Assembly: GCA_042218325.1 (NCBI GenBank)
Contig: JBDGRE010000030.1
Span: 1 to 39,569, forward strand
Source: Candidatus Nanohaloarchaea archaeon
GTDB taxonomy: Archaea > Nanohalarchaeota > Nanosalinia > Nanosalinales > Nanosalinaceae
Length of the DNA: 39,569 nucleotides
Reading direction: 5' to 3'
Part shown: piece after piece, positions 16,595-25,705 of the stretch
How the letters are laid out: each line of letters starts with the position of its first letter
Position numbering within the stretch: the stretch's first letter is position 1
Program-made: the position numbers and the translations under genes
Notes under the pieces: model-generated
The model's database searches: none
What the model was told of the DNA's origin: nothing
The model's input: the letters and a program-made list of their open reading frames with translations, nothing else

Positions 16595-18247
16595 ATGAAG
16601 CAGATAAAACAGCAGCTCGCCGAAGAGCTCTCGACCGTGCTGGAATTCGAGGTCGGGGAAGAGGATATCGAGTCGCCGGAAGGAGAACACGGCGACTTCG
16701 CCTACCCTGTGATGAAGGCCGCATCGACGCTCGGGGAGCCGCCACGGGAGCTCGCCGAGGACGTATCGGGCGAGGTCGAGCTGGATATAGTGGAGCAAGT
16801 CGAGGTAGCTGGCCCCGGCTACCTGAACTTCTTCCTTGACCGGGAGCAGTTCGCCGAAGAGGTATTCGAGGAACTGGAGAGGGAGAATATGGGCGTCGAG
16901 CAGCATGATGGCAAGATGCTGATAGAGTTCTCCAGCCCGAACGTCGCGAAGCCGATGCATGTCGGCCACTTCAGGAACAACGCGCTCGGGGACTCGCTGC
17001 AGCGCATCCTGCGGTTCGCCGGCTACGATGGGACGTCGGAGAACTATCTCGGCGACTGGGGGACGCAGTACGGCAAGCTGATCTACGCCTTCAGGGAGTA
17101 CGGCAGCGAGGAACAGTTCGAGGAGGCACCGATGGAGCACATGTTCGACCTGTACGTCAGGTTCCACGAGGAGGCAGAGGGCGACGAAGAGATAGAGGAG
17201 AAAGGCCGTGAATGGGCCGCGAAAATCGAGGAAGGCAACGAAGAAGCCCGGGAGCTATGGGAGAGGTTCCGGGAAGCTTCTATAGAGTACCACCGGAAGG
17301 ACTACCGTAGGATGGGAATCGAGTTCGACCGGTGGACCGGAGAATCCAAGGTCGTGGAAGAGGCCCGGGATATGGTAGAAGGATGGCTTGAGGAAGGAGA
17401 ACTAGAGCGCGACGACGACGGCTCCGTCTTCATGGAGTTCGAGGAGCACGACCTGCCCGGAACGGTGCTTCTCAAGGCCGACGGCTCCACGCTGTACATC
17501 ACGCGGGACCTGTACAACCTGAAGAAGCGCAACCAGGAGGGGTTCGACCACAACCTGTACGTGGTCGGCAGCGAGCAGGAACTGCATTTCCAGCAGGTGT
17601 TCGCCGCCGCGGAAGAGCTCGGGCTGGACCCGGAAGGTTCAGAGCACGTCTCCTACGGCCTCCTTTCGTTGCCCGAGGGATCGATGTCATCCCGCGCCGG
17701 CCGGATCATCCGGCTCGAGGACGCGATGGACGAGGCTGTCGAGCGGGCGGAGGAGAAGGCCGCGGAGAAGATGGAGCGCGAGGTGAAGAACGCCGAGGCC
17801 ATCGGCATCGGGGCGCTGAAGTACGCCAACCTCTCCGTTTCGCGGAAGAAAGATATCGAGTTCGACTGGGGCCGCGCGCTCAGCTTCGAGGGCGACTCGG
17901 GACCGTACCTGCAGTACTCCAACGTCCGGGCGAAGAGCATACTGGAGAAAGCAGACGCGGAAGGGCAGCTACGGGGAGAGCTCGGTGACCCGGAATACAG
18001 GCTGCTGAAGAAACTCGGTGGCTTCCCGGAGAAAGTCGATGCAGCGGCGAGGGAAAGAGAACCGGCAAAAGTCGCGAACTATCTCTCGTCACTCTGCGAG
18101 GAGTTCAACTCGTTCTACCACGACTGTCCGGTCATCGACGCCGGAGAGGAAACACGGATGCGGAGGCTGGCGCTGGTCGAGCTTTTCGTCGATGTGACCG
18201 ACCAGGGCCTCGAGCTTCTCGGAATCGAGCCGCTCGAGGAGATGTAG
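16595..18247 (+). CDS. argS: arginyl-tRNA synthetase
   Basis: EFSSPNVAKPMHVGH (HIGH), GDWGTQYG, MSSRAG, GPYLQY, terminal EEM. Confidence 0.98.
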   Translation: MKQIKQQLAEELSTVLEFEVGEEDIESPEGEHGDFAYPVMKAASTLGEPPRELAEDVSGEVELDIVEQVEVAGPGYLNFFLDREQFAEEVFEELERENMGVEQHDGKMLIEFSSPNVAKPMHVGHFRNNALGDSLQRILRFAGYDGTSENYLGDWGTQYGKLIYAFREYGSEEQFEEAPMEHMFDLYVRFHEEAEGDEEIEEKGREWAAKIEEGNEEARELWERFREASIEYHRKDYRRMGIEFDRWTGESKVVEEARDMVEGWLEEGELERDDDGSVFMEFEEHDLPGTVLLKADGSTLYITRDLYNLKKRNQEGFDHNLYVVGSEQELHFQQVFAAAEELGLDPEGSEHVSYGLLSLPEGSMSSRAGRIIRLEDAMDEAVERAEEKAAEKMEREVKNAEAIGIGALKYANLSVSRKKDIEFDWGRALSFEGDSGPYLQYSNVRAKSILEKADAEGQLRGELGDPEYRLLKKLGGFPEKVDAAAREREPAKVANYLSSLCEEFNSFYHDCPVIDAGEETRMRRLALVELFVDVTDQGLELLGIEPLEEM

Positions 18248-18297
18248 TCGCTGAAGACAGGGCTTATTAACGAGCTGCGGTATCTTATTATACAGTT

Positions 18298-20241
18298 ATG
18301 TCCCTGCTCGGATCGGTGAAGGAGGCGTTCAGCAGCAACGAAGAGGACGAGAGAGACCTCACGTTCGAGACAGCCGGGGACATCGGGTTCACGCTGTCAG
18401 ATGACAAGGACGTGAAGATAACTACGAAGGTCGACAAGCTGGCGGACGTCGATGTCAAGTACCCTCTTATCAAGCCGTTCGCGTACGCGCACGTGAAGTG
18501 GGACGACGACCAGAAGGAGATAATCTACCATCTTGAAGAGCCGAACCTGGACGACAGCGAGCAAGAGATGCTGGACAAGATAAAGGACAACCTCTCCGAG
18601 AAGCTGGACGTGTCGCTGAGTTCGATGCAGGACCGCAAGAAGGTCATCAGCTTCCTTGAGGACAAGATAAACGAACTGCTGCTGGAGCTCGGCATCGAGA
18701 TGACAGAGAAGCAGCACGACAAGATAATGTACTACATATTCCGGGATTTCGTCGGCCTCGGGCGTATCGAACCTTTCATGCACGACCCTTACATAGAGGA
18801 CCTCGGCTGCGACGGCAACGGTATACCGATCTTCGCGGTCCACAGCGAGTTCGGTTCGCTGAAGAGTGACGTCGTGTTCGACGAGCCGGACAACCTGAAG
18901 AACCTGGTAGTAAAGCTGGCGGAGCGGTGCGGCAAGTACGTCTCGTACGCCAACCCGCTGCTCGACGGCTCACTGCCCGACGGTTCACGTGTCAACGCAT
19001 CGCTGACCGAGGACGTAACCTCGAAAGGCCCGACCTTCTCCATCAGGAAGTTCCGGGATACACCTTTCTCGGCGATCGACATGATGGACCTGGGGACCGC
19101 GAGCGCCGATATCATGGCGTACATGTGGATACTGATGCAGTACCAGCAGTCGATGCTGATAACCGGTGGAACAGCCACAGGAAAGACATCGTTCCTCAAC
19201 TCCTGCGTCTCGTTCATACCGCCAGAGGACAAGATCGTATCCATCGAGGATACCCGGGAGCTGCAGCTGCCGCACGAGAACTGGATCCCCTCCGTTACCC
19301 GTTCGATGTTCGGGACGCAGAGCACCAGCGACGTGGACATGAACCAGCTGCTCAAGGAGTCCTTCCGTGAGAACCCGGACTACGTCATCGTAGGAGAGGT
19401 CCGTGGTGAGGAAGCGAGCGTGCTTTTCCAGGGTATGGCCTCCGGCCACCCGTCGATAGGTACGATGCACGCATCCGGGCCGAACGATGTCGTCAAGAGG
19501 CTCGTGACGCCGCCGATATCCCTTTCCTCGGCTTTGGTCGAGTCGCTGGACGTCATCGTGTCGATGACACACGCGAAGGGTGTCGAGAAGTCGGCGAGAA
19601 GGGCGAAGGAGATACACGAGGTGCAGAAGGTGATGGGCGAGTCGAACTCGGCCAGGACCAACGTACCGTTCTCCTGGACAGCCCGGGACGACAGCTTCAG
19701 CGCCCGCGGCGAACCATACCTTTTCGACCAGATAAGCAACGACTACGGGGTCAGCAAGGAAAACCTGAGGCAGGAGCTGGAGGACCGCAAGAAGGTGCTC
19801 GAGTGGCTGCAGGACAAGGGCGTGAAGGAGTTCGACAAGGTCTCAAAGATAATCGCGGAGTACTACAAGGACAAGGAGGAGATAATGAAGATGGTCAACT
19901 CCGAGGAGGGCGAGTACGACCTCGACCAGGTGATAGAGTCCGAGCGCAAGATCGATATCTCGAGACCTCAGCAGCTCGACAACGCCATAACAGCCGAAAA
20001 ACGGCAGAAACAGGCGGAGCAGGGAAAAGATGAAGAGGAGCTTGAAACGGAGATAAGAGAGATAGACGGCAGCACCGGCCTCGACGAGAAGCTTCAATCC
20101 GAGGAGAACCCTGTCGAGGACCTGGAGAAGAAGCTGCGAGACGAGAGGAGGAAGGTAGAGAAGATAAGAGGTTCCGGACCTGACGAAAACCCGTTCGAGG
20201 ACTCCGATGTCGACGTGGAGTCGAACCCGTTCGAGGCCTGA
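18298..20241 (+). CDS. type IV pilus/archaellum-family secretion ATPase (PilB/FlaI-like)
   Basis: GGTATGKT Walker A, SIEDTREL Asp box, PDYVIVGEVRGEE, SGH..TMHA. Confidence 0.95.
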   Translation: MSLLGSVKEAFSSNEEDERDLTFETAGDIGFTLSDDKDVKITTKVDKLADVDVKYPLIKPFAYAHVKWDDDQKEIIYHLEEPNLDDSEQEMLDKIKDNLSEKLDVSLSSMQDRKKVISFLEDKINELLLELGIEMTEKQHDKIMYYIFRDFVGLGRIEPFMHDPYIEDLGCDGNGIPIFAVHSEFGSLKSDVVFDEPDNLKNLVVKLAERCGKYVSYANPLLDGSLPDGSRVNASLTEDVTSKGPTFSIRKFRDTPFSAIDMMDLGTASADIMAYMWILMQYQQSMLITGGTATGKTSFLNSCVSFIPPEDKIVSIEDTRELQLPHENWIPSVTRSMFGTQSTSDVDMNQLLKESFRENPDYVIVGEVRGEEASVLFQGMASGHPSIGTMHASGPNDVVKRLVTPPISLSSALVESLDVIVSMTHAKGVEKSARRAKEIHEVQKVMGESNSARTNVPFSWTARDDSFSARGEPYLFDQISNDYGVSKENLRQELEDRKKVLEWLQDKGVKEFDKVSKIIAEYYKDKEEIMKMVNSEEGEYDLDQVIESERKIDISRPQQLDNAITAEKRQKQAEQGKDEEELETEIREIDGSTGLDEKLQSEENPVEDLEKKLRDERRKVEKIRGSGPDENPFEDSDVDVESNPFEA

Positions 20242-20242
20242 G

Positions 20243-20881
20243 ATGGAACGAGTAAAATCAGGTGTGGAGAACTTCGACCGGCTCGTAGGAGGCGGTATAC
20301 CGGAACGGGAACTGGTGCTGGTCGAGGGCGAACCCGGCTGCGGCAAGTCCAACTTCGGGCTGGAGTTCCTGTACCGCGGGGCGCAGCGGGGCGACCACGG
20401 TCTTTACGTCTCCTTCCAGGACACCGAGCCCGAGGTCCTGAGGACGACCACCTTCGACTGGGAGTTCGACCAGATGGTCGAGGATAACAGGATAAACATA
20501 ACCAAGTTCGACCCCTACAGGTACGAACAGATAGCGGACATGCTCCGGTCCACCATCAAGGAGAACGATGCCAAACGTGTCGTACTGGACCCGATAACCG
20601 ACCTCGACCTGTACATCGACTCCAGGAAGGACCAGCGGAAGAACCTGCTGAAAGTCAAGAAAGAGCTGAGCCAGATGGGATGCACGACATTCATGGTCGC
20701 GGAAAGAGAGGAAGCTACCGAGCTCGAGGAGGAGATAGCTGACGGCATAGTGCAGCTGGAACTGGTGAGGGAGAAGGGAAACGTCGAGAGACACATGTAC
20801 GTGAAGAAGCTGAAGGGCTCGGACTACCACCACGGGGTCCACAACTACATCATCGACAACACAGGTATCAAGGTGCGCTAG
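20243..20881 (+). CDS. KaiC/RAD55-family ATPase (FlaH-like) in the pilus operon
   Basis: SGVENFDRLVGGGIP, GEPGCGKS, RVVLDPI, IADGIVQL, KKLKG. Confidence 0.9.
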   Translation: MERVKSGVENFDRLVGGGIPERELVLVEGEPGCGKSNFGLEFLYRGAQRGDHGLYVSFQDTEPEVLRTTTFDWEFDQMVEDNRINITKFDPYRYEQIADMLRSTIKENDAKRVVLDPITDLDLYIDSRKDQRKNLLKVKKELSQMGCTTFMVAEREEATELEEEIADGIVQLELVREKGNVERHMYVKKLKGSDYHHGVHNYIIDNTGIKVR

Positions 20882-20894
20882 CAGAGGTGGCACG

Positions 20895-21824
20895 ATGAGC
20901 TCCAACCCGTTCCGCACCACACTCCGGGAACGCCTGAACGGCGCTATGAAGACCAACAACCTGTCTGCGGCCGCGAACGCACTTTTCGGCCCCACAGTGG
21001 ATAAATACGGCGAGCACTTCGAGGACCTGAAGGAAGATCTCCAGATGGCGGACATGGACGTCCTTTACCGGACATACGTATCGAAGATGTTCCTGTACAC
21101 GTTCGGTGCGTTCTTCCTCGGCATGTTCACCGGCCTGGTCTATACAGCGACGAATCTCTCCTCGATCTCGATGGCCATGGCTGTCCGGCTTGTCATGGGG
21201 CTGCCTATGGCGCTGGCGGTCATGGTTTTCGGTTTCATGTATATCTACCCTTCGCAGAAGGCAAAGAGACGGAAAAACGATATAGAGGACAACCTTCCGT
21301 TCGCCCTGAACCACCTCAGCGCCATCGCCACCTCGGGGATCCCGCCCAGCTCGATGTTCCAGCTGCTCCAGGGTTTCGAGGAGTACGGCGCCATCTCGGA
21401 AGAGGCCGGCGAGATATCGAGACGGGTGAACGTGTTCGGCGAGGACCTCACCACCGCGTTAAGAGAGGTAGCGGACAACTCGCCGAGCGAGGACTGGAGC
21501 GAGGTGCTCTACGGTATGCTTTCGACCGTCGAAACCGGGGGCAACATGGAGGACTACATCAAGGAGAAGGCCGAGGAGGCGCTTTTCGACTTCAAGATGG
21601 AACGGGAGAAGGAGATCGAGCGGCTGAGCACCTACGCATCGTTCTACACCGCGATACTTATCGCCGCGCCGGTCTTTCTCGTGGTCATCCTCTCCGTCAT
21701 GAACCTGCTCGGGGGCCAGCTGATGGGCTTCGCCATCAGGGACCTTATGTGGATGGGTATCCACATCATAATACCCGTGATAAACACCCTGTTCATAATA
21801 TTCCTCGCGCTGAAGGTGGACTAG
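20895..21824 (+). CDS. type II secretion F family (TadC/FlaJ-like) membrane platform
   Basis: IEDNLPFALNHLSAIATSGIPP, YGAISEE, several TM helices. Confidence 0.93.
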   Translation: MSSNPFRTTLRERLNGAMKTNNLSAAANALFGPTVDKYGEHFEDLKEDLQMADMDVLYRTYVSKMFLYTFGAFFLGMFTGLVYTATNLSSISMAMAVRLVMGLPMALAVMVFGFMYIYPSQKAKRRKNDIEDNLPFALNHLSAIATSGIPPSSMFQLLQGFEEYGAISEEAGEISRRVNVFGEDLTTALREVADNSPSEDWSEVLYGMLSTVETGGNMEDYIKEKAEEALFDFKMEREKEIERLSTYASFYTAILIAAPVFLVVILSVMNLLGGQLMGFAIRDLMWMGIHIIIPVINTLFIIFLALKVD

Positions 21825-21825
21825 G

Positions 21826-23046
21826 ATGGACCTGAGTATCTCAAGGCGGGACCTGGAACTGAAGGCGAAGAACATCTGGAGGAAGCACCACCGCCTCATA
21901 ACGCTTATCGCAGGCGCAGCAGTCCTCGGGATGCTTATCGCGGCTCTTAACACCTGGAACTACGAGAACACCAAGCAGAAGTTCCAGCTCCAGGAACCTC
22001 AGGAGGTAGGCAACCAGCAGGATGCCCGTTTCCATTTCCAGCTACAGCGTCCGAGCGTACAGGCCGACACCACCCTCAGGCTTACAATCGAGAACCTGCA
22101 GCAGGATTCCAACGTTCAGGTTGCGGTGAACGGCCAGCAACTGCGCTCGATATCGCAGAGCGAGACGCTCGTCAAGATACCGTCCGACACGCTGCAGCAG
22201 AACAACACTGTGAGGGTCTACCAAGAGGGCATAAGTTTCAACACCCAGCGGCTTGTGGACGCAAGTGTAACCTCCTACACCAGCATACAGCAACTGCTGT
22301 TCGTCCTGCTCAACTTCGCCTCGATACTGCTGATATTCACCCCAGTCGCGTACGTCAAGTACGAGGACTTCCAGGAACGGAAGAAGGTCGAAGACGAGTT
22401 CCCCTCGTTCCTGAGGGACGTGGTCCAGGGAACCCGGGCAGGCATGTCCCTGCCGCAGGCAATACAGAATACGGAGTCCGGCAGCTACGGGCCGCTGAAC
22501 GACCATATCCAGAGCATGTCAGCGCAGATAGAATGGGGGATACCGTTCGACGAGGTACTGGAGAACTTCTCGGGCGATGTCAAGTCCCCTCTCGTAAAAC
22601 GCTCCGTAGACACGATTATCCAGGCCTATAGCTCCGGAGGCAACATACAGGATGTGCTCGAATCCGTCGGCGATAATATCCGGCAGATCAAGCAGCTGCA
22701 GGAGGAGCGGTCAAGCCAGCTTTACAGCGAGATGATAACAGGGTACATCGTATACTTCATCTTTATCGGTATACTGGTAGCGCTCACGACATTCCTGCTC
22801 CCGAACCTCGCCACTGCTTCGCAGTCGCTCGGCGGAGGCCTGAGTATACTTGGTGGAGGCGGAGGCGGAAGCCTCCAAGAGAACATCACCCTCTACAACC
22901 AGTGGTTCCAGAGACTAGTCTTCATCCAGGCGCTGTTCTCCGGGCTGATAATCGGCAAGCTTTCCGAGGGCGAGCTGAAGGCAGGTATAAAGCACTCCGC
23001 GATACTGTTTGCGGCAGGATATCTCGCAGTCACATTCTTCCTGTAG
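21826..23046 (+). CDS. type II secretion F family protein with N-terminal extracellular beta domain
   Basis: EDEFPSFLRDVVQGTRAGMSLPQA, QALFSGLIIGKLSEG; about 110-aa polar insert between the first two TM helices. Confidence 0.9.
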   Translation: MDLSISRRDLELKAKNIWRKHHRLITLIAGAAVLGMLIAALNTWNYENTKQKFQLQEPQEVGNQQDARFHFQLQRPSVQADTTLRLTIENLQQDSNVQVAVNGQQLRSISQSETLVKIPSDTLQQNNTVRVYQEGISFNTQRLVDASVTSYTSIQQLLFVLLNFASILLIFTPVAYVKYEDFQERKKVEDEFPSFLRDVVQGTRAGMSLPQAIQNTESGSYGPLNDHIQSMSAQIEWGIPFDEVLENFSGDVKSPLVKRSVDTIIQAYSSGGNIQDVLESVGDNIRQIKQLQEERSSQLYSEMITGYIVYFIFIGILVALTTFLLPNLATASQSLGGGLSILGGGGGGSLQENITLYNQWFQRLVFIQALFSGLIIGKLSEGELKAGIKHSAILFAAGYLAVTFFL

Positions 23047-23086
23047 AGCCCTCCCAAATAAAAACGACCGCCGTCCTATGAGGTAC

Positions 23087-23503
23087 ATGAGAAAGGGAGT
23101 ATCGCCTATAGTCGCATCAGTACTGCTGCTCGCCGTCACTCTCTCGGTCGCAAGCATATTCTCCGGATGGGGACCCAACATAGTGAGAACAGTAACACAG
23201 TCGACCCAGAACCAGACAGAGACGACCATCAACTGCAACCAAGCGAGCGTAGACATAACTTCAGCAAAATACTACACGGGCGATAACACCTCAGTGGTAG
23301 TACGCAACACAGGCACTTCAGACCTGGACCAGCTTCAAATCTCAACATGGAAGAACGACCTGCCGATGAACCAGAAAGTGATATCCGTAAACAGGGGTAA
23401 TTTCACGACCGTAAACGTCTCGACATCCTCCAAGCCAGACTCCGTGCAGGCTTTCTCCAAGGACTGCTCCTCGGTGACGGACAAGTACGAGCAGATAAGC
23501 TGA
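23087..23503 (+). CDS. type IV pilin (class III signal peptide)
   Basis: MRKG/VSPIVASVLLLAVT; GAGGT SD before ATG 23087. Confidence 0.92.
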   Translation: MRKGVSPIVASVLLLAVTLSVASIFSGWGPNIVRTVTQSTQNQTETTINCNQASVDITSAKYYTGDNTSVVVRNTGTSDLDQLQISTWKNDLPMNQKVISVNRGNFTTVNVSTSSKPDSVQAFSKDCSSVTDKYEQIS

Positions 23504-23507
23504 TACG

Positions 23508-23939
23508 ATGAAAGGAGTTTCAGAGGTCGTATCTGCCGTTATAGTTCTCGCGGTCGGAGTAAGCGTAGTATCGCTCTACGCGGCCTGGGCCCCGGATTTC
23601 GCCGAGGACACGGTCGGCGATGTCGCGAACCAGTCCAACAACCAGATAAAGTGCAGCAACGCCGGTCTCTCAATCGATGACGCCTTCTACGACAGGACCG
23701 GCCAGGTTATAGAGATAAAGGTAGAAAACACCGGGACCATAAGATTCTCTCGCGGCCTCTACGCAGGAGCTTTCAACTCCTCACTTGAGATAGGTCGTAC
23801 CACGATATCGGAGCTGCAGGTCGGCGAAACACAGACCATCCAGATATCTGCAGACAGGGCGCCCGGGATGATTCTCGTCACCAGTAACGACTGTCCCGAC
23901 GTGGAAGCACGTGAAACACGGATAAGAGTGCAGAAGTAG
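23508..23939 (+). CDS. type IV pilin (class III signal peptide)
   Basis: MKG/VSEVVSAVIVLAV; paralogous C..A.LSI and VENTG motifs shared with the preceding pilin. Confidence 0.9.
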   Translation: MKGVSEVVSAVIVLAVGVSVVSLYAAWAPDFAEDTVGDVANQSNNQIKCSNAGLSIDDAFYDRTGQVIEIKVENTGTIRFSRGLYAGAFNSSLEIGRTTISELQVGETQTIQISADRAPGMILVTSNDCPDVEARETRIRVQK

Positions 23940-23940
23940 T

Positions 23941-24306
23941 TCAGTCGCGGATATTTATCAGGTAGCCATCGCTGCCGCCTTTCTGTATGCGTGCCACGAG
24001 AGTCCTGTTCGTTCTCGGCATCTCGAGGTAAAGTCTGCCATCCTCGGCCTTCTGGAACCTGACCTCCTCGGTCGGTATCTTGCTCATCTTGGTACATAGC
24101 TCCAGGTACTTCGATGGACAGTCGACGTAGCTCTTCTGGTACTGTGTAAGCTCCGGCTCCGGTTCCTGACCTTTCAGGTCCGCGGGTCTCAGGAATATAG
24201 CCGCTACGAAAACGAACACGGAAACAGTAAGTACGACCGCTGCCAGCTTGCGCTTCTCGCGCCAGTCCTCTTTCTCCGCCATCTCACGGAGCTTCTGCCT
24301 ATCCAT
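23941..24306 (-). CDS. single-TM hypothetical protein
   Basis: Basic N-terminus then TM helix; TTTAAA about 25-30 nt upstream of ATG 24306. Confidence 0.7.
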   Translation of the reverse strand: MDRQKLREMAEKEDWREKRKLAAVVLTVSVFVFVAAIFLRPADLKGQEPEPELTQYQKSYVDCPSKYLELCTKMSKIPTEEVRFQKAEDGRLYLEMPRTNRTLVARIQKGGSDGYLINIRD

Positions 24307-24388
24307 AACCCTTTCTTTGATATGCCCGGATTTAAATCGAACCCCGGCAGGATAACAAATGTAAACCTCGACACCATCCAGAATTAAC

Positions 24389-24586
24389 ATGACCGACAAC
24401 TTCTGGATGATAGAAGTCTACAGCGACGAAACCGCCAACGTCTCAGTCACCTCGAAGGCGGAGATAGAGGCCCTGCAGGAGAGCGGCGACATCGAAGAAT
24501 GGCAGTACGCACCCACCTCCGAGGCCAGTGAAGAAGACATGATAGAGCGCGCAGAGGAACACGACCTCGAACACGACCCGTGGTAA
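24389..24586 (+). CDS. small acidic hypothetical protein
   Basis: 65-aa ORF with host-like acidic composition. Confidence 0.7.
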   Translation: MTDNFWMIEVYSDETANVSVTSKAEIEALQESGDIEEWQYAPTSEASEEDMIERAEEHDLEHDPW

Positions 24587-24877
24587 CTACGGCAGACCGC
24601 CCAGCACGTCGTTTACAGCCGACTGGAGTTCTGGATCGGCGGCATATACCGACACACCAGCGATAGTAGCACCCAGCGAAACGTAGGCTATCTCCGGGCC
24701 GTAATCCTGAACAAAACCGGCTGTTGCCGAACACAGGCCATCGGAGTTCCTGTCCTGTATATTGTCCCGGAGATCTTCTCTCTGGGAGCTGAAACCGGCG
24801 TAATCCGGCTCCTGTTCAGCCCTGTACTCTCCAGGCCTGCCGCCGTCAGTCAGGAGTTCATCCATCTCCCGATCCAT
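24587..24877 (-). CDS. small membrane-associated hypothetical protein
   Basis: Acidic N-terminus with TDGG motif common in halophilic archaea; one hydrophobic segment. Confidence 0.65.
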   Translation of the reverse strand: MDREMDELLTDGGRPGEYRAEQEPDYAGFSSQREDLRDNIQDRNSDGLCSATAGFVQDYGPEIAYVSLGATIAGVSVYAADPELQSAVNDVLGGLP

Positions 24878-25031
24878 CACACGCAGAAATCACCGCGGAA
24901 AGTTATACATTTTCCGCAAAACCTGAAGTCCAGGTATGGCCGAGCCCCAGAAAATCTGTGATTTCCCCGGATTTAAAGTCGAAGACAAGTCTTCTCGGAC
25001 AAATCCGGGACAACTTCAGCGCCGAAGGCGA

Positions 25032-25117
25032 TGGCCGAGCCCGGATTTGAACCGGGGACAACTGCATAGCTGGAGTATCCTTCAGTGCAGCGCTCTCCCA
25101 GGCTGAGCTACTCGGCC
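25032..25117 (-). tRNA. tRNA-Phe(GAA) with 12-nt intron (25068-25079)
   Basis: Reverse strand GGCCGAG TAGCTCAGCCTGGGAGAGC G CTGCA CT GAA G [GATACTCCAGCT] A TGCAG TTGT CCCCGG TTCAAAT CCGGG CTCGGCC A. Confidence 0.95.
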
Positions 25118-25180
25118 ATAATACGCGATTCACAGGTGAGTTTTAAGAAATAAAACCTTCTGACGGCAAATCCCCTCTCG

Positions 25181-25672
25181 ATGCCCTTCACTCGCTTCCA
25201 TTTCGGGCCCGCCATCCTCATAGGCCTCCTTTTACTGGACTACATCGACTTCCCGACCTTCGTCGCTGCGAACGTCATCGTCGACTGGCGGGCCACGCTG
25301 GTGTTCTTCGGGGTGATAGACGGTCCTCTCCATTCATGGCCATCGACCTATCCTGGTGCGCTCCTGTCAGCGGTGCTCCTCGGCAGCGTCATGTTATACC
25401 TGAGACCGGCGCTAGCCGGACACCTAAGAGAGGCCGGGATAAAACAGGAGACAAGCAACTTAAAGATATTCGCAGGAGCTATAGCCGGCGTACTGCTCCA
25501 CGTGACCCTGGACGCGTTCCATCATCCCGACATACAGCCCTTCCTGGTCGACGGTTTCCGGCCTCTTCTGGGCCTTCTCTCCACCTACGAGGTCCGCGCC
25601 GCCAGCGTAGCGGCACTGCTCCTCTGCTTTCCCGTTTACTTCCTGCACCTGTGGAGAGACAAGGCTTCCTAA
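25181..25672 (+). CDS. membrane-bound metal-dependent hydrolase (YdjM-like)
   Basis: MPFTRFHFGP, NVIVD, GPLHS, LHVTLDAFHH.DIQPF. Confidence 0.85.
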   Translation: MPFTRFHFGPAILIGLLLLDYIDFPTFVAANVIVDWRATLVFFGVIDGPLHSWPSTYPGALLSAVLLGSVMLYLRPALAGHLREAGIKQETSNLKIFAGAIAGVLLHVTLDAFHHPDIQPFLVDGFRPLLGLLSTYEVRAASVAALLLCFPVYFLHLWRDKAS

Positions 25673-25705
25673 GCCCTGATAAATGTTGGTAGCGGATCCT
25701 TGGAT

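Noticed and set aside
18298-23939. Archaellum operon
   Set aside because: No archaellin or FlaC-G-like genes; two T2SF genes and short pilins indicate a type IV pilus.
24903-25133. 76-aa ORF on the minus strand
   Set aside because: Overlaps tRNA-Phe; spurious.
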